Shown here: one piece after another, positions 1 through 9,048 of the stretch
Layout of the letters: each line of letters starts with the position of its first letter
Numbering within the stretch: the first letter of the stretch is position 1
NCBI GenBank assembly: GCA_017524965.1
Contig: JAFXUM010000190.1
Location: forward strand, 1-38,552
Length of the DNA stretch: 38,552 bases
Direction: 5' to 3'
DNA from: Lentisphaeria bacterium
GTDB taxonomy: Bacteria > Verrucomicrobiota > Lentisphaeria > Victivallales > UBA1829
Notes under the pieces: model-generated
Database searches by the model: none
The model's input: the letters and a program-made list of their open reading frames with translations, nothing else
What the model was told of the DNA's origin: nothing
Program-made: the position numbers and the translations under genes

Positions 1-341
1 ACGATGGCGACCATCAGGGGGCCGAGTTCGCGCAGGATGGTGCAGCCGATGACCATGGGCAGGAAATTGTCCGCGCCGTATTTGTGCGACTGGACTTCCG
101 CCTGATACGCCAGCACCACACCCATCAGCGCGCTGATCATGATCGTGATCGGCACGCCGTCCGGGCCGCAGGTGTTCATGTAGAACAGGAAATCCTTCCA
201 GCGGAGGCGTTTCGGGTGACAGATGCCCTCCCACAGGGCGGCCGTGACATCCCCCACGAACGAGATCAGGGAAATGACCTCGTCCTTGAACTGGAAGGCC
301 ATGTCTCCGCATTGAATGATGCTGTCCGAAGGCGTTTTCAT
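1..341 (-). CDS. mlaE: MlaE-family ABC transporter permease (partial, runs off left edge)
   Basis: Not in the ORF track. Manual translation from ATG at 341 gives MKTPSDSIIQ...GPDGVPITIMISALMGVVLAYQAEVQSHKYGADNFLPMVIGCTILRELGPLMVAI; RELGP is the MlaE signature. Confidence 0.88.
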   Translation of the reverse strand, partial: MKTPSDSIIQCGDMAFQFKDEVISLISFVGDVTAALWEGICHPKRLRWKDFLFYMNTCGPDGVPITIMISALMGVVLAYQAEVQSHKYGADNFLPMVIGCTILRELGPLMVAI

Positions 342-365
342 GTGTGCTTCATCTGATCGGTTGAA

Positions 366-397
366 GCCGGGGCGCGCGACTGTCCGCCGCGCCCGGC
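366..397 (-). terminator. GC-rich imperfect hairpin after the NYN-CSD gene
   Basis: gccggggcgcg ... cgcgcccggc inverted repeat between the NYN stop (442) and the mlaE start; U-tract is weak. Confidence 0.4.
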
Positions 398-441
398 GTT
401 TCCGGGATCATCGCTTAGTTTTAGATAAGGAGGTGATCCCG

Positions 442-1455
442 TCAGAAAGACTGGCTGCCGTTTCCTTCGTCCTGTTTATCTTCGTTATCCGGGGCGGCCG
501 GGGCGGCGTACGGGATCCCGTCGGGATCCAGCCAGAGGACTTTGCGTGCGCATTCGCCGCGGTCGTTCGTGCCGACTTCGAACTCGACTTTCTCGCCGAT
601 TTTCAGCTCGTCGAACTCGCAGTTCTCAAGATCTTCCCACAGGAAGAAGAAATCGTGGTCGCCGCGTTCCGGCGTGATGAACCCGTATCCGCTCTTCAGC
701 TGGACCACGGTGCCGAGGCGGCGTTCGGCCGGAGCCGGTTCGGCGTAGTCGTCCTCTTCATCGTAGCCGTCGTCCGGTTCGCTGACCTCGGATGAGGAAT
801 AATTGGACCCGCCGCCGGAGACGAAGAGCGCGTCGATCTTGTCCTGCGGATAAAGCTGTTTTTCGATGATGTCCTGCATCCAGATGCCGTAGGTGGCTTC
901 GGCCATCAGACGGCCGGACGTCATGGTCTGGCGGTGGCCGCCGTTGTCGTCTTCGTAGGAATATTCCCAGCCGATCACCATGACGCGCGCGCCGAGGGAA
1001 TTGAGCTTGCGGACGAGCGGGACATAATCGCCGTCGCAGGCCACGAGGACCACGACGTCGAATCCGATGTGGACCATCTGCTCGTAGGCTTCGAGGGCGA
1101 GCGAGATGTTCGCGCCCTTTTCGGACCCGTGGCTGACGGGGAGGAAATGCGCCACGACGCCTTCACGCGTCAGGACGTCGTCGAAATTGCGTTCGGAGAA
1201 TAACAAATGCCGCAGATTGGCTTCGGCCGCGGTCAGGCGGCCGCGGAAATAATGGCTGTCGACGATGCGGCAGAGGTTTTCGCTGACATGTTCGCGTTCC
1301 GCCACCATGGTGCGGATGAGGCTGTGCAGGCCGGGGACGCTGATGCGGCTCCTGCGGGGATGGCCGTGATAGTAATAGTTGCTGACGTGATAGAAATAAT
1401 TTCCATCGTAGAAAATGCCGATCCGGATCAGTTTGGAGTCGTTTTTCGCGTCCAT
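442..1455 (-). CDS. NYN (LabA/DUF88, PIN-like) domain protein with C-terminal cold-shock domain
   Basis: IFYDGNYF, EKGANISLALEA and VACDGDYVPLVRKL motifs; acidic linker; CSD segment GTVVQLKSGYGFITPERGDHDFFF...VEFEV. ATG at 1455 with AAGGA upstream is preferred over the GTG at 1521. Confidence 0.88.
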   Translation of the reverse strand: MDAKNDSKLIRIGIFYDGNYFYHVSNYYYHGHPRRSRISVPGLHSLIRTMVAEREHVSENLCRIVDSHYFRGRLTAAEANLRHLLFSERNFDDVLTREGVVAHFLPVSHGSEKGANISLALEAYEQMVHIGFDVVVLVACDGDYVPLVRKLNSLGARVMVIGWEYSYEDDNGGHRQTMTSGRLMAEATYGIWMQDIIEKQLYPQDKIDALFVSGGGSNYSSSEVSEPDDGYDEEDDYAEPAPAERRLGTVVQLKSGYGFITPERGDHDFFFLWEDLENCEFDELKIGEKVEFEVGTNDRGECARKVLWLDPDGIPYAAPAAPDNEDKQDEGNGSQSF

Positions 1456-1543
1456 GTCGGGCAAATCCTTTCCATTTTTGTTCTGTTCAGTGAATACGGG
1501 ATGATACTGAAATCGTTTCACACTCGAAACATTTCATGACCTT

Positions 1544-1571
1544 AACATAGCACGTTTTTTTCAAAAATCCA
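1544..1571 (-). promoter_or_regulatory. sigma70-type promoter for the NYN-CSD gene
   Basis: TGGATT-N16-TATGTT with TGc extended -10. Confidence 0.5.
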
Positions 1572-1715
1572 GTGCTTTTGAAAAAAAACGCCGAAACAAT
1601 TAGATTTTTTCCGTTTTTGTTCCTTTCTTCCAAGTCATTCTGTGCGATTCGCTAACATATTTTCCATATTGATGTTTTCCGCAAGGCAACCATTGTGAAA
1701 AACAGTTTGTCGTTT

Positions 1716-2636
1716 TTACCATCTTCCGGACGCGCCGCCTCCGCCGAAGCTTCCGCCCCCGCCGCCGCTCCGGCTGCTTCCGCCTCCGCCGCTTCTTCCG
1801 CCTCGGCCGCCGCCGCGCGCCATTCCCTTCAGGACTTCCAGCAGGATCCGCAGGATGATGATCATGGCGACCAGGCCGACGGACTTTTTGACGTCCGGGT
1901 GGATCATGATGCGGGCAACGATCGTCCCGATAAGCTCAAGGACAATAAGGATGGCGATGACGCAGAACAGAACCCCCTCGGCATCGGTCCCCGAGGATGC
2001 CGGATAGCCGCCCTCGTATTCGTCTTCATCTTCGGTTTCGGCGGGTTTTTCCGGTCCGTTTTCTTTCAGGACGAACGCCGAGACGCTGTCGATCGCGAAC
2101 GCGATGGCATGGGCGTACTGACCACGGCGCAGGAACGGCGCCATGTCGCGGAGGATGTCGCCCGCCCGGGCGTCGTTGATGACGCCCTCCAGACCGTAGC
2201 CGATCTCCAGACGGTTTTCGCGGTCGTCGACGGCGAGGAGCAGCAGAACGCCGTTGTCTTCGCCGCGCCACCCGATCTTCCATTTCTCGGCGACGGCGAG
2301 GGAGAAATCCTCGATCGCGTCGCCGTGGAGCGACCGGATGACGAAGACCGCCATCTGGCCTTTCGAGGCCGCCTCGTAGGCGTCGATCCGCGCAGTCAGG
2401 GAGCCGATCTCATCCTGCGTCAGCACTCCGGCCTCGTCGACCACGCGCCGCGTACCGAGGGCCGGGATGCGTTCGTCCGTGGACTTGAAGTCGTCCGGAT
2501 CGAAGACGTTCAGGTCGAATGCGGCTTGCAGGACGAACAGCGCGAGGCCGATCAGGAAGAGGACGAAACACACGTTTCCGAGCTGATTCGGAAACGCCGA
2601 TCTCCAGAAACCGAATTGTTTCGCTTTGCTTCTCAT
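1716..2636 (-). CDS. TPM-domain (YgcG/DUF477) membrane protein with Gly-rich tail
   Basis: VVDEAGVL, WKIG...DNGVLLLLAVDDR, IEIGYGLEG-like RLEIGYGLEG, two C-terminal TM segments, GGGSFGGGGASGRW end; lies directly downstream of lemA. Confidence 0.9.
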   Translation of the reverse strand: MRSKAKQFGFWRSAFPNQLGNVCFVLFLIGLALFVLQAAFDLNVFDPDDFKSTDERIPALGTRRVVDEAGVLTQDEIGSLTARIDAYEAASKGQMAVFVIRSLHGDAIEDFSLAVAEKWKIGWRGEDNGVLLLLAVDDRENRLEIGYGLEGVINDARAGDILRDMAPFLRRGQYAHAIAFAIDSVSAFVLKENGPEKPAETEDEDEYEGGYPASSGTDAEGVLFCVIAILIVLELIGTIVARIMIHPDVKKSVGLVAMIIILRILLEVLKGMARGGGRGGRSGGGGSSRSGGGGGSFGGGGASGRW

Positions 2637-2689
2637 CCTGATCCTTTTTTCCGGGACGTCCGACCGCCCGTTTCTTCCTGTGCGATTAA

Positions 2690-2726
2690 GAAAATCCCGG
2701 GCGGACGACCGAGCGTCCGACCGGGA
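2690..2726 (-). terminator. Intercistronic terminator-like hairpin between lemA and the TPM gene
   Basis: tcccgg-gcggacg/cgtccg-accggga stem followed by TTTTCTT on the minus strand. Confidence 0.5.
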
Positions 2727-2740
2727 GAAATGAACTCAAA

Positions 2741-3313
2741 TCAGAATTCGACTTTCGGGGCCTTGACCACGGCGTCGTGCCCCTCCGGGGGCTCGAAGTA
2801 TTCGCGGGTGCTCAGGCCGAGGCTGCCGGCGAAGAGGGAGCCGGGGAACTGGCGGATCGCCATGTTGTAGCGCTTGACGATCTCGTTGTATCTCTTGCGG
2901 GCGACGGCGATGCGGTTTTCGGTGCCGGCGAGTTCGTCCTGGAGACGGATGAAGTTCTCGTTGGCCTTCAGTTCGGGATAATTCTCGGCGATGGCGAGCA
3001 GGCGGCCGAGGCTGCTGGTCAGGGCGGCGTCGGCTTCGGCCTTGGCCGCGGGAGTCGTGGCTCCGGCGAGTTTGCTGCGGGCTTCCGCGATGCCGTTGTA
3101 GACGCTGTCTTCATGCGCGGCGTAGCCCTTCACGGTGGAGACCAGATTCGGGATCAGGTCCGAGCGGCGCTGCAGCTGCGTGTCGACGTCCGACCAGGCT
3201 TTGTTCACGTCTTCGTCCAGGGCGATCAGGCCGTTGCGCTGGGAGATGAACCATCCGAACCCGATCGCGGCGATCGCGACGACAATACCGATACCGACCA
3301 GAAACGATTTCAT
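2741..3313 (-). CDS. lemA: LemA family protein
   Basis: N-terminal TM; AWSDVDTQLQRRSDLIPNLV, ENYPELKANENF, ELAGTENRIAVARKRYN. Start set at MKSFL (ATG 3313). Confidence 0.95.
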   Translation of the reverse strand: MKSFLVGIGIVVAIAAIGFGWFISQRNGLIALDEDVNKAWSDVDTQLQRRSDLIPNLVSTVKGYAAHEDSVYNGIAEARSKLAGATTPAAKAEADAALTSSLGRLLAIAENYPELKANENFIRLQDELAGTENRIAVARKRYNEIVKRYNMAIRQFPGSLFAGSLGLSTREYFEPPEGHDAVVKAPKVEF

Positions 3314-3417
3314 GCTGTTGTTATCCTTTCCTGTTGAGTTTTTTAGAAGCAAAAGAATGAAGGTATCCGGGCGGAGTCATGTCGGCTCCCGTTCAGAACA
3401 CCGGATTTTGTCTATAT

Positions 3418-3445
3418 AAAATACAATCTTTTCAGGGAAAAGCAA
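3418..3445 (-). promoter_or_regulatory. sigma70-type promoter for lemA
   Basis: TTGCTT-N16-TATTTT. Confidence 0.45.
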
Positions 3446-3558
3446 GCCCGTTTCGACTAAAAAAAAGGATTTTCTTTCTTCTGAAACAGCGGAAGCAAAA
3501 AAGAACGGGCTCTTTTTTCCGACAGGACGAAAAGCGACGCGGAAACCGGAAACGAAAC

Positions 3559-3590
3559 GCCCCGGACAGCGGTCGCGGCCGTGCCGGGGC
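3559..3590 (-). terminator. Putative terminator after cysE
   Basis: gccccgg ... ccggggc stem followed by GTTTCGTTT on the minus strand. Confidence 0.5.
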
Positions 3591-3620
3591 TTCCGCCGTT
3601 TTGAGGCGGCGGACGATTAT

Positions 3621-4556
3621 TTACGGGCGCGGCTTCGTCTCGCAGGTCAGATCGGGCTTCGCGATGGTGATGCGCGTGCCGGGATCGGTCGAATGCGTGA
3701 GCCAGACGTTGCCGCCGATCACGGAGCCCTTTCCGATCACGACCGCGCCGAGGATGGTCGCGCCGGCGTAGATCGTGACGTTGTCCTCGATCGTCGGGTG
3801 GCGTTTCGCGCCCTTGATGATCATGCCGCAGGCGTCCTTCGGGAACGACAGCGCGCCGAGCGTGACGCCCTGGTACAGCTTCACGTTGTCGCCGATCTCG
3901 GCGGTCTCGCCGATCACCACGCCGGTGCCGTGGTCGATGAAGAACGCGCGGCCGATCTTCGCGCCGGGGTGAATGTCGATCCCCGTGATGCGGTGGGCGT
4001 ATTCGCTCATCATGCGCGGGATCATCGGGACTTTGCGCGTGAAGAGAGCGTGGGCGATGCGGTGAATGGTGATTGCGCGCAGCCCGGGATAGCTCATGAT
4101 GACTTCCGGTTTGTTGCGGGCGGCGGGGTCGCCCTCGTAGGCGGCCTGCACGTCGGTCTTCATGACGTCGCGGATGCCGGGCAGTTCGGCGAGGACTTCG
4201 CCCGCCACGGTCGCGGCGCGCGCCCTGCAGTCGCAGTTTTCATCGGCCGTTTTGCACGTGTAGCGGAACACGCGGCAGAGCAGATCGGTCAGGGTGTGGT
4301 GGGACCGGATGAGCAGGTCGCCGACGGAGAACCGGATGGTGTCGGCGGACTCGGCCTCGCGTTCGGCGAATCCGGGGAAGATCAGTTCGATCAGGTCGTC
4401 CAGGAGTTCCAGGATCTCGGCCTCGCGGGGCAGATTCAGCCCCTCGGAGTGGTTCACCCCGATCCCGTCGGCATACGAGGCGCAGAGGCGTTCGACCAGA
4501 TCGTCGATCTGAGCGGGTCCGGGCGACTGCGGCTGATTTTTCGGGCAGGTTCTCAT
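3621..4556 (-). CDS. cysE: Serine O-acetyltransferase (EpsC/CysE type)
   Basis: [62 protein letters not shown] hexapeptide repeats. Confidence 0.93.
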   Translation of the reverse strand: MRTCPKNQPQSPGPAQIDDLVERLCASYADGIGVNHSEGLNLPREAEILELLDDLIELIFPGFAEREAESADTIRFSVGDLLIRSHHTLTDLLCRVFRYTCKTADENCDCRARAATVAGEVLAELPGIRDVMKTDVQAAYEGDPAARNKPEVIMSYPGLRAITIHRIAHALFTRKVPMIPRMMSEYAHRITGIDIHPGAKIGRAFFIDHGTGVVIGETAEIGDNVKLYQGVTLGALSFPKDACGMIIKGAKRHPTIEDNVTIYAGATILGAVVIGKGSVIGGNVWLTHSTDPGTRITIAKPDLTCETKPRP

Positions 4557-4612
4557 GAGGTCGTTCCTTTCTGAAAAGTGACGTTATGCGGAAGCGCCGG
4601 GGAAAGGCGCGG

Positions 4613-5488
4613 TCATTCGATGTTCTGAATCTGCTCGCGGACTTTTTCCAGCCCGGTCTTCATCTCCACCACGAGCGGGGAGATCTCGGCCGTCCCGGCC
4701 TTGTTTCCGAGCGTATTGATCTCCCGGAACATCTCCTGCATGAGGAAATCGAGGGAGCGTCCGGGGGTGTTTCCGGCGGCGAGCGAACGGAAGTGGCTGA
4801 AATGGGCGTCGAGGCGCGTCAGCTCCTCGGTCACGTCCAGACGGTCGGCGAAGATCACGAATTCGCGGAGCATGCGCTCGTCGTCGGCTTCGGCGTTGAA
4901 TCCGGCGTCCTTCAGGCGTTCGCGCATGCGTGCGGCCTGCTGTTCGGGCAGACCGGGCGTGAGCGTCCGTATCTTCGCGACGATGGCCTCGAATTCACCG
5001 ATGCGGGCGAGGATGTCGCGTTCGAGCGCGGCGCCCTCGGTACGGCGCATTTCGATGTGGCGGGTCAGCGCCTCATCGAACACGCCGAGCATGAACGTCT
5101 CGAACTCGGGATTCGAGCTGAGCGCGGAGACCGGGACCACGACGCCCGGCACGGCGAGGATCTGGCTGATGTTCAGCGAGGCGTCCAGGCCGTTCTTTTC
5201 GGCGGCGGCGCGGGCTTCCCGGATCACGGTGTTCAGAAACGCGTGGTCGATGCGGGAGGCCGCCGGAGCGTCCTCCAGGAAATTCAGTTCGGCGCGGACC
5301 ATGATGGAGCCGCGCGTGAGACGTTTCGCGAGGCGGGCGCGCAGGACGCCTTCGTGAATGGCGAGCTCCTTCGGCAGCGAGAATTTCGCATCGAACTGCT
5401 TGCGGTTCACGGAGGAGATCTCGAAGCGGAGCGCCACGCCGTGGCCGACGCCTTCGGCGCGGCCGAATCCTGTCATACTGTTCATCAT
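4613..5488 (-). CDS. yicC: YicC/YloC family endoribonuclease
   Basis: N-terminal MMNSMTGFGRA, SVNRK, DVTEELTRL, GRSLDFLMQEMFREINTLGNK, EKVREQIQNIE. Real start at 5488; the upstream ORF extension overlaps the lipoprotein gene. Confidence 0.95.
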   Translation of the reverse strand: MMNSMTGFGRAEGVGHGVALRFEISSVNRKQFDAKFSLPKELAIHEGVLRARLAKRLTRGSIMVRAELNFLEDAPAASRIDHAFLNTVIREARAAAEKNGLDASLNISQILAVPGVVVPVSALSSNPEFETFMLGVFDEALTRHIEMRRTEGAALERDILARIGEFEAIVAKIRTLTPGLPEQQAARMRERLKDAGFNAEADDERMLREFVIFADRLDVTEELTRLDAHFSHFRSLAAGNTPGRSLDFLMQEMFREINTLGNKAGTAEISPLVVEMKTGLEKVREQIQNIE

Positions 5489-5499
5489 AGACGCACCTG

Positions 5500-6414
5500 T
5501 CAGAACTTGAATGCACCGCCCTGCGGCGATTTTTCGTAGCCGGGAGAATCGTACGGATTGCGGGACGGATCGTCCTGCGTGGGGAAGACGAGATTGCGCG
5601 GGGCGTATTTCTTTTCGATCGCGTCGATCTCCTCGCGGGTCAGACGGGCGTTGTTCAGCTTGTTCACGTCCATCAGCTCCGCCGTACGGAGTTTCCATCC
5701 GTTGAACGTGCCGGTTTTGGAGAATCCGGTCACCACGATGCACTGGAGCGGATCGTCCGCGGGCCACATCAGGGAAAGCTGCGTGTACGGCGAAGAACCG
5801 GTACGGCCTTCCTTCTCGTTCAGGTATTCCTCCCAGGAGGAAAGGTCCCCGTCGTCCTGATCCTCGGGATCGACCGGAAGCTTCGTGTAAACGGTCTCGG
5901 GGTTGTCGAAACGCACCCGGTTGAGTTCGGCCGTGGAAAGATACTGCATGTTGTTCCGGACGAACGTCGCGGCCGCACCGGTCGCCTGTTTCAGTCCGGT
6001 ATCGCCGGGATCGTACCGTTTCACGAGCACGCGGTACGGCTTCCAGAACATCATGGACCGCTCGCCCTCGCCCGCGACCACGACGCGCGCACCGAGGTCC
6101 GGCGGATTCCAGACCACGCAGCTGTGCATCAGGTCGTGTTCCGGGGCCACGGGGAAATGCCGCACATCGTCGATCTCGACATGTTTCGCGCCGCGGTCCA
6201 GCGGGATCACGTAACGGGGATAGACGATATTCTCGTAGATGACCGGCTGGGTGTACCGGATGAAATTCCGCTGATTGTCCGAAAGCCCCTTCAGATTGTT
6301 CAGCGCATACTCACGCGCGCGCTCCACGGCGGACTTGGAGTAATCCGTCCGGCATCCGGGCAGAAGGACCAGCGCGGCCACGATCGCGAATATGCTCAGA
6401 AGAAAGCGTTTCAT
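5500..6414 (-). CDS. Hypothetical lipoprotein with two internal repeat domains
   Basis: MKRFLL...LVLLPGC lipobox; the two halves share a recognisable motif (see findings). Confidence 0.8.
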   Translation of the reverse strand: MKRFLLSIFAIVAALVLLPGCRTDYSKSAVERAREYALNNLKGLSDNQRNFIRYTQPVIYENIVYPRYVIPLDRGAKHVEIDDVRHFPVAPEHDLMHSCVVWNPPDLGARVVVAGEGERSMMFWKPYRVLVKRYDPGDTGLKQATGAAATFVRNNMQYLSTAELNRVRFDNPETVYTKLPVDPEDQDDGDLSSWEEYLNEKEGRTGSSPYTQLSLMWPADDPLQCIVVTGFSKTGTFNGWKLRTAELMDVNKLNNARLTREEIDAIEKKYAPRNLVFPTQDDPSRNPYDSPGYEKSPQGGAFKF

Positions 6415-6520
6415 GAATGTTGTTCCTGTGTCGTTTTGCGTGTGTCGGCCCGGCGGGACCCGGTGCGGTTTGCGCGCCCCGTTTTCTCACGGCAAGCCCG
6501 GCTTCTATCTTGAATAGAAT

Positions 6521-6548
6521 AATATAACCTCTTTTTTTTATCCTGCAA
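6521..6548 (-). promoter_or_regulatory. sigma70-type promoter for the lipoprotein-yicC-cysE run
   Basis: TTGCAG-N16-TATATT. Confidence 0.5.
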
Positions 6549-6659
6549 GGAAAAAACGGAAAAAGAACGGAAAACTTTGCATTTTCCGCGCACAAAAACG
6601 AAGCAGCGGTCCGGCCGGAACCGGAACCGCCGCGAAATGCCGTGCTTTTTTCGTCTCCG

Positions 6660-9020
6660 TCAGCGTCCGAGCGGCGAGAAGGAGAAGCCCATGTTGAAAT
6701 GGAAGCGCAGACGCCTGTGCACGCCTTCCTGATTGCAGACGATCGGGTACGCCAGGTCGAGACGGATCGGCATGCCGAGCTGCGGGATCATGATGCGGTG
6801 GCCGTAGCCGACACCGACGTTCGGCTGGCTGATCGGGCCGATGTGACCGCTGGTGGCGTCGCCGACGTCGCAGAAGACCGCGCCGCGCAGGAACTTGTAG
6901 ATCGGGTGGGACAGCTCCGCGGTGAAGAGGTACATGAACTCGCCGCCGTAGTTGTCGTCGTTCTGGTCCACCGGGCCGATGCTGCGGTACGGGAAGCCGC
7001 GCACGGAGTCGCCGCCGCCCAGGAAATACCGGTCGTACAGCGGCACGCGGTCGCCGTTGAACGTGCCCATGGTGCCGACCTTCGCGCCGGTGGTCAGGAC
7101 GAACCAGTCGTGGAAGAACGGGAAGTAGTTGATGGCGCGCAGTTCGAACTTGTAATAGTCGTTGGTGGCGCCGAGGCCGCGCGTGGTCAGGTAGGTGTAC
7201 GCGCCGACGTCGTAGCCGGAAGTCGGGTTCAGGATGCTGTCGCGCGTGTCGCGGTTGAGGGACAGGAAGACGCGTCCGATCAGGTCGCCGCCGACGGAAT
7301 CCTGGAAGATCGGCCCCATTTTCTTGTCCATGTCGAGGATGCGGACGTACTCGAACGTGTAGCCCGCGCTGACGGACGTGAATTCGTCGAAGATGCGTTT
7401 CGTGAGCGACACGGTGAATCCGAGCCGCTGTTCGTTCCAGTCTTCGTACAGAACCTCGCGCCAGTAGGCGGAAACGTCGAGGCGGAGCGGAATGCCGAAG
7501 AGGTACGGCTCCGTGAAGTCGGTCTGCACGTCGAAGTGTTCCAGGCCGACGAGCGCGCCGATGCGGAGACGCTGGCCGCCGCCCGTGAACCAGTTCTGCG
7601 GATCGAGGATGTCCATGTTGGAGTGCCACAGCTGAAGCGACCCGGCAAGGCCGTCGGAATCGCTCCATCCGAAGCCGATGTTGCCGCCGAGGAACTGTTT
7701 TTCCTCGACGTTCACGTAGACGTCCTTCTTGCCCGGCTCAGGCGAATCCATGGACAGGATCTCCACGCCGTCGCCCTCGCCGTTCGCGGACTGGAAATAC
7801 CCCATGCCCATGAGGCGGCTCTTGCCGATGTCGAGCAGTTCCTTGTCGAGCAGATCGTCGGACTCGAACGGCAGTTCGCGCCGGATCACGTAGTCCTTGG
7901 TCCAGCGGTTGCCGGAGATGTAGACCTCGCCGATCGTGTACTGCGTGCCTTCCATGATCTCGTATTCCACGTCCACGGAGTGCGTGCTGTAGTCGGGATA
8001 ACGCACCGCCCGGGCCTGGAAATCCGCAAAACCGAGCGGGGAATACTTCGATTCCAGAGCCTTCAGGTCATCGTCCTCGCGGCTGCTGCTGTAGACCTGC
8101 TCCTCGCGGGCGGAAAGAAGCGGCAGAAGCTGTTCCTCGGAAAACTCCTTCGCGCCGACGATGCGGATGCTGTTGATGAAGTAGGGGTCGCCCTCCTCCA
8201 CCACGAACTTCACGTCGACCAGTTCGGGATCGTCCGCGTGCTCGGTCACGACCACGTCGTTCACCTTGAAATCGAGGTAGCCTTTCTGCCAGTAGAGTTC
8301 GCGCAGGCGGATCTTGTCGCGCGTGACGAAATCCCTGTCGTAGAGGCCGAGGTTCGGAGGCGTCCCGAGCCACTCCCACGGCATGAACGAAAGCCATTTG
8401 GCGCTGCCGAAGAAATACCGCGTTTCGAGCAGGTCCTTCACCTCGGACGGCTTGTAGACGTTCATCCCCTCGAACTCGACGTTGTCGATGCGCACGCGCA
8501 GGTGCTCGGCGATCTTGAAGATCACCTTCACGCTGCCCTCGCCGTCGGCTTCCAGCGCGGAGTCGACCTGCGCCTCGGTGTAGCCTTTTTCCTCGTAGAA
8601 CTTCCGCAGTTCGCGGGTGGATTCGATCAGCAGGGCGTCGTTCAGCGGCATGTCCGTGCGCAGCTTCACGAGCTTCATCAGCTCCTTGTCGCCGAACTTG
8701 CGGTTGCCCTTGAACTGGATCTCGGAGACGTTTTTCTTCGCGTAGACGATGAAGACGACTTCCTTGTTTCCGTTGGCAAGGTCTTTCACCTCGGAGTCGA
8801 TCTCCTCGAACATCCCCAGGGCGAAAAGACGGCGGACGTCCTCGTTGACGATGCGTTCGGAGTACTGCATGCCGGCCTTCGTCTGCGTGTTCATCTCGAA
8901 GATGTCTTCGGAGAAAGGATACGCGCCCTGCTGGCGGAAGACGACCCGGTCAATGCTCTGAGCGGACGCGGATGCGGCCGTCAGCATTGCCAGCACTGTC
9001 AAAAGCCGTTTGTATTTCAT
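6660..9020 (-). CDS. bamA: Outer membrane protein assembly factor BamA
   Basis: Signal peptide, POTRA repeats (FKGNRKF, ISGNRWTKDYVIRREL), barrel with FTEPYLF and the L6 motif GGGDSVRGF. Confidence 0.95.
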   Translation of the reverse strand: MKYKRLLTVLAMLTAASASAQSIDRVVFRQQGAYPFSEDIFEMNTQTKAGMQYSERIVNEDVRRLFALGMFEEIDSEVKDLANGNKEVVFIVYAKKNVSEIQFKGNRKFGDKELMKLVKLRTDMPLNDALLIESTRELRKFYEEKGYTEAQVDSALEADGEGSVKVIFKIAEHLRVRIDNVEFEGMNVYKPSEVKDLLETRYFFGSAKWLSFMPWEWLGTPPNLGLYDRDFVTRDKIRLRELYWQKGYLDFKVNDVVVTEHADDPELVDVKFVVEEGDPYFINSIRIVGAKEFSEEQLLPLLSAREEQVYSSSREDDDLKALESKYSPLGFADFQARAVRYPDYSTHSVDVEYEIMEGTQYTIGEVYISGNRWTKDYVIRRELPFESDDLLDKELLDIGKSRLMGMGYFQSANGEGDGVEILSMDSPEPGKKDVYVNVEEKQFLGGNIGFGWSDSDGLAGSLQLWHSNMDILDPQNWFTGGGQRLRIGALVGLEHFDVQTDFTEPYLFGIPLRLDVSAYWREVLYEDWNEQRLGFTVSLTKRIFDEFTSVSAGYTFEYVRILDMDKKMGPIFQDSVGGDLIGRVFLSLNRDTRDSILNPTSGYDVGAYTYLTTRGLGATNDYYKFELRAINYFPFFHDWFVLTTGAKVGTMGTFNGDRVPLYDRYFLGGGDSVRGFPYRSIGPVDQNDDNYGGEFMYLFTAELSHPIYKFLRGAVFCDVGDATSGHIGPISQPNVGVGYGHRIMIPQLGMPIRLDLAYPIVCNQEGVHRRLRFHFNMGFSFSPLGR

Positions 9021-9048
9021 GGTTTCGTACTCCGGGATATGGTAACGG

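Noticed and set aside
4613-5767. N-terminal extensions in the ORF track for yicC, prs, GH51, tnpA, lemA and the 30061 gene
   Set aside because: Downstream ATGs match family N-termini, SD sites or gene overlaps; the extensions run into neighbouring genes or promoters.
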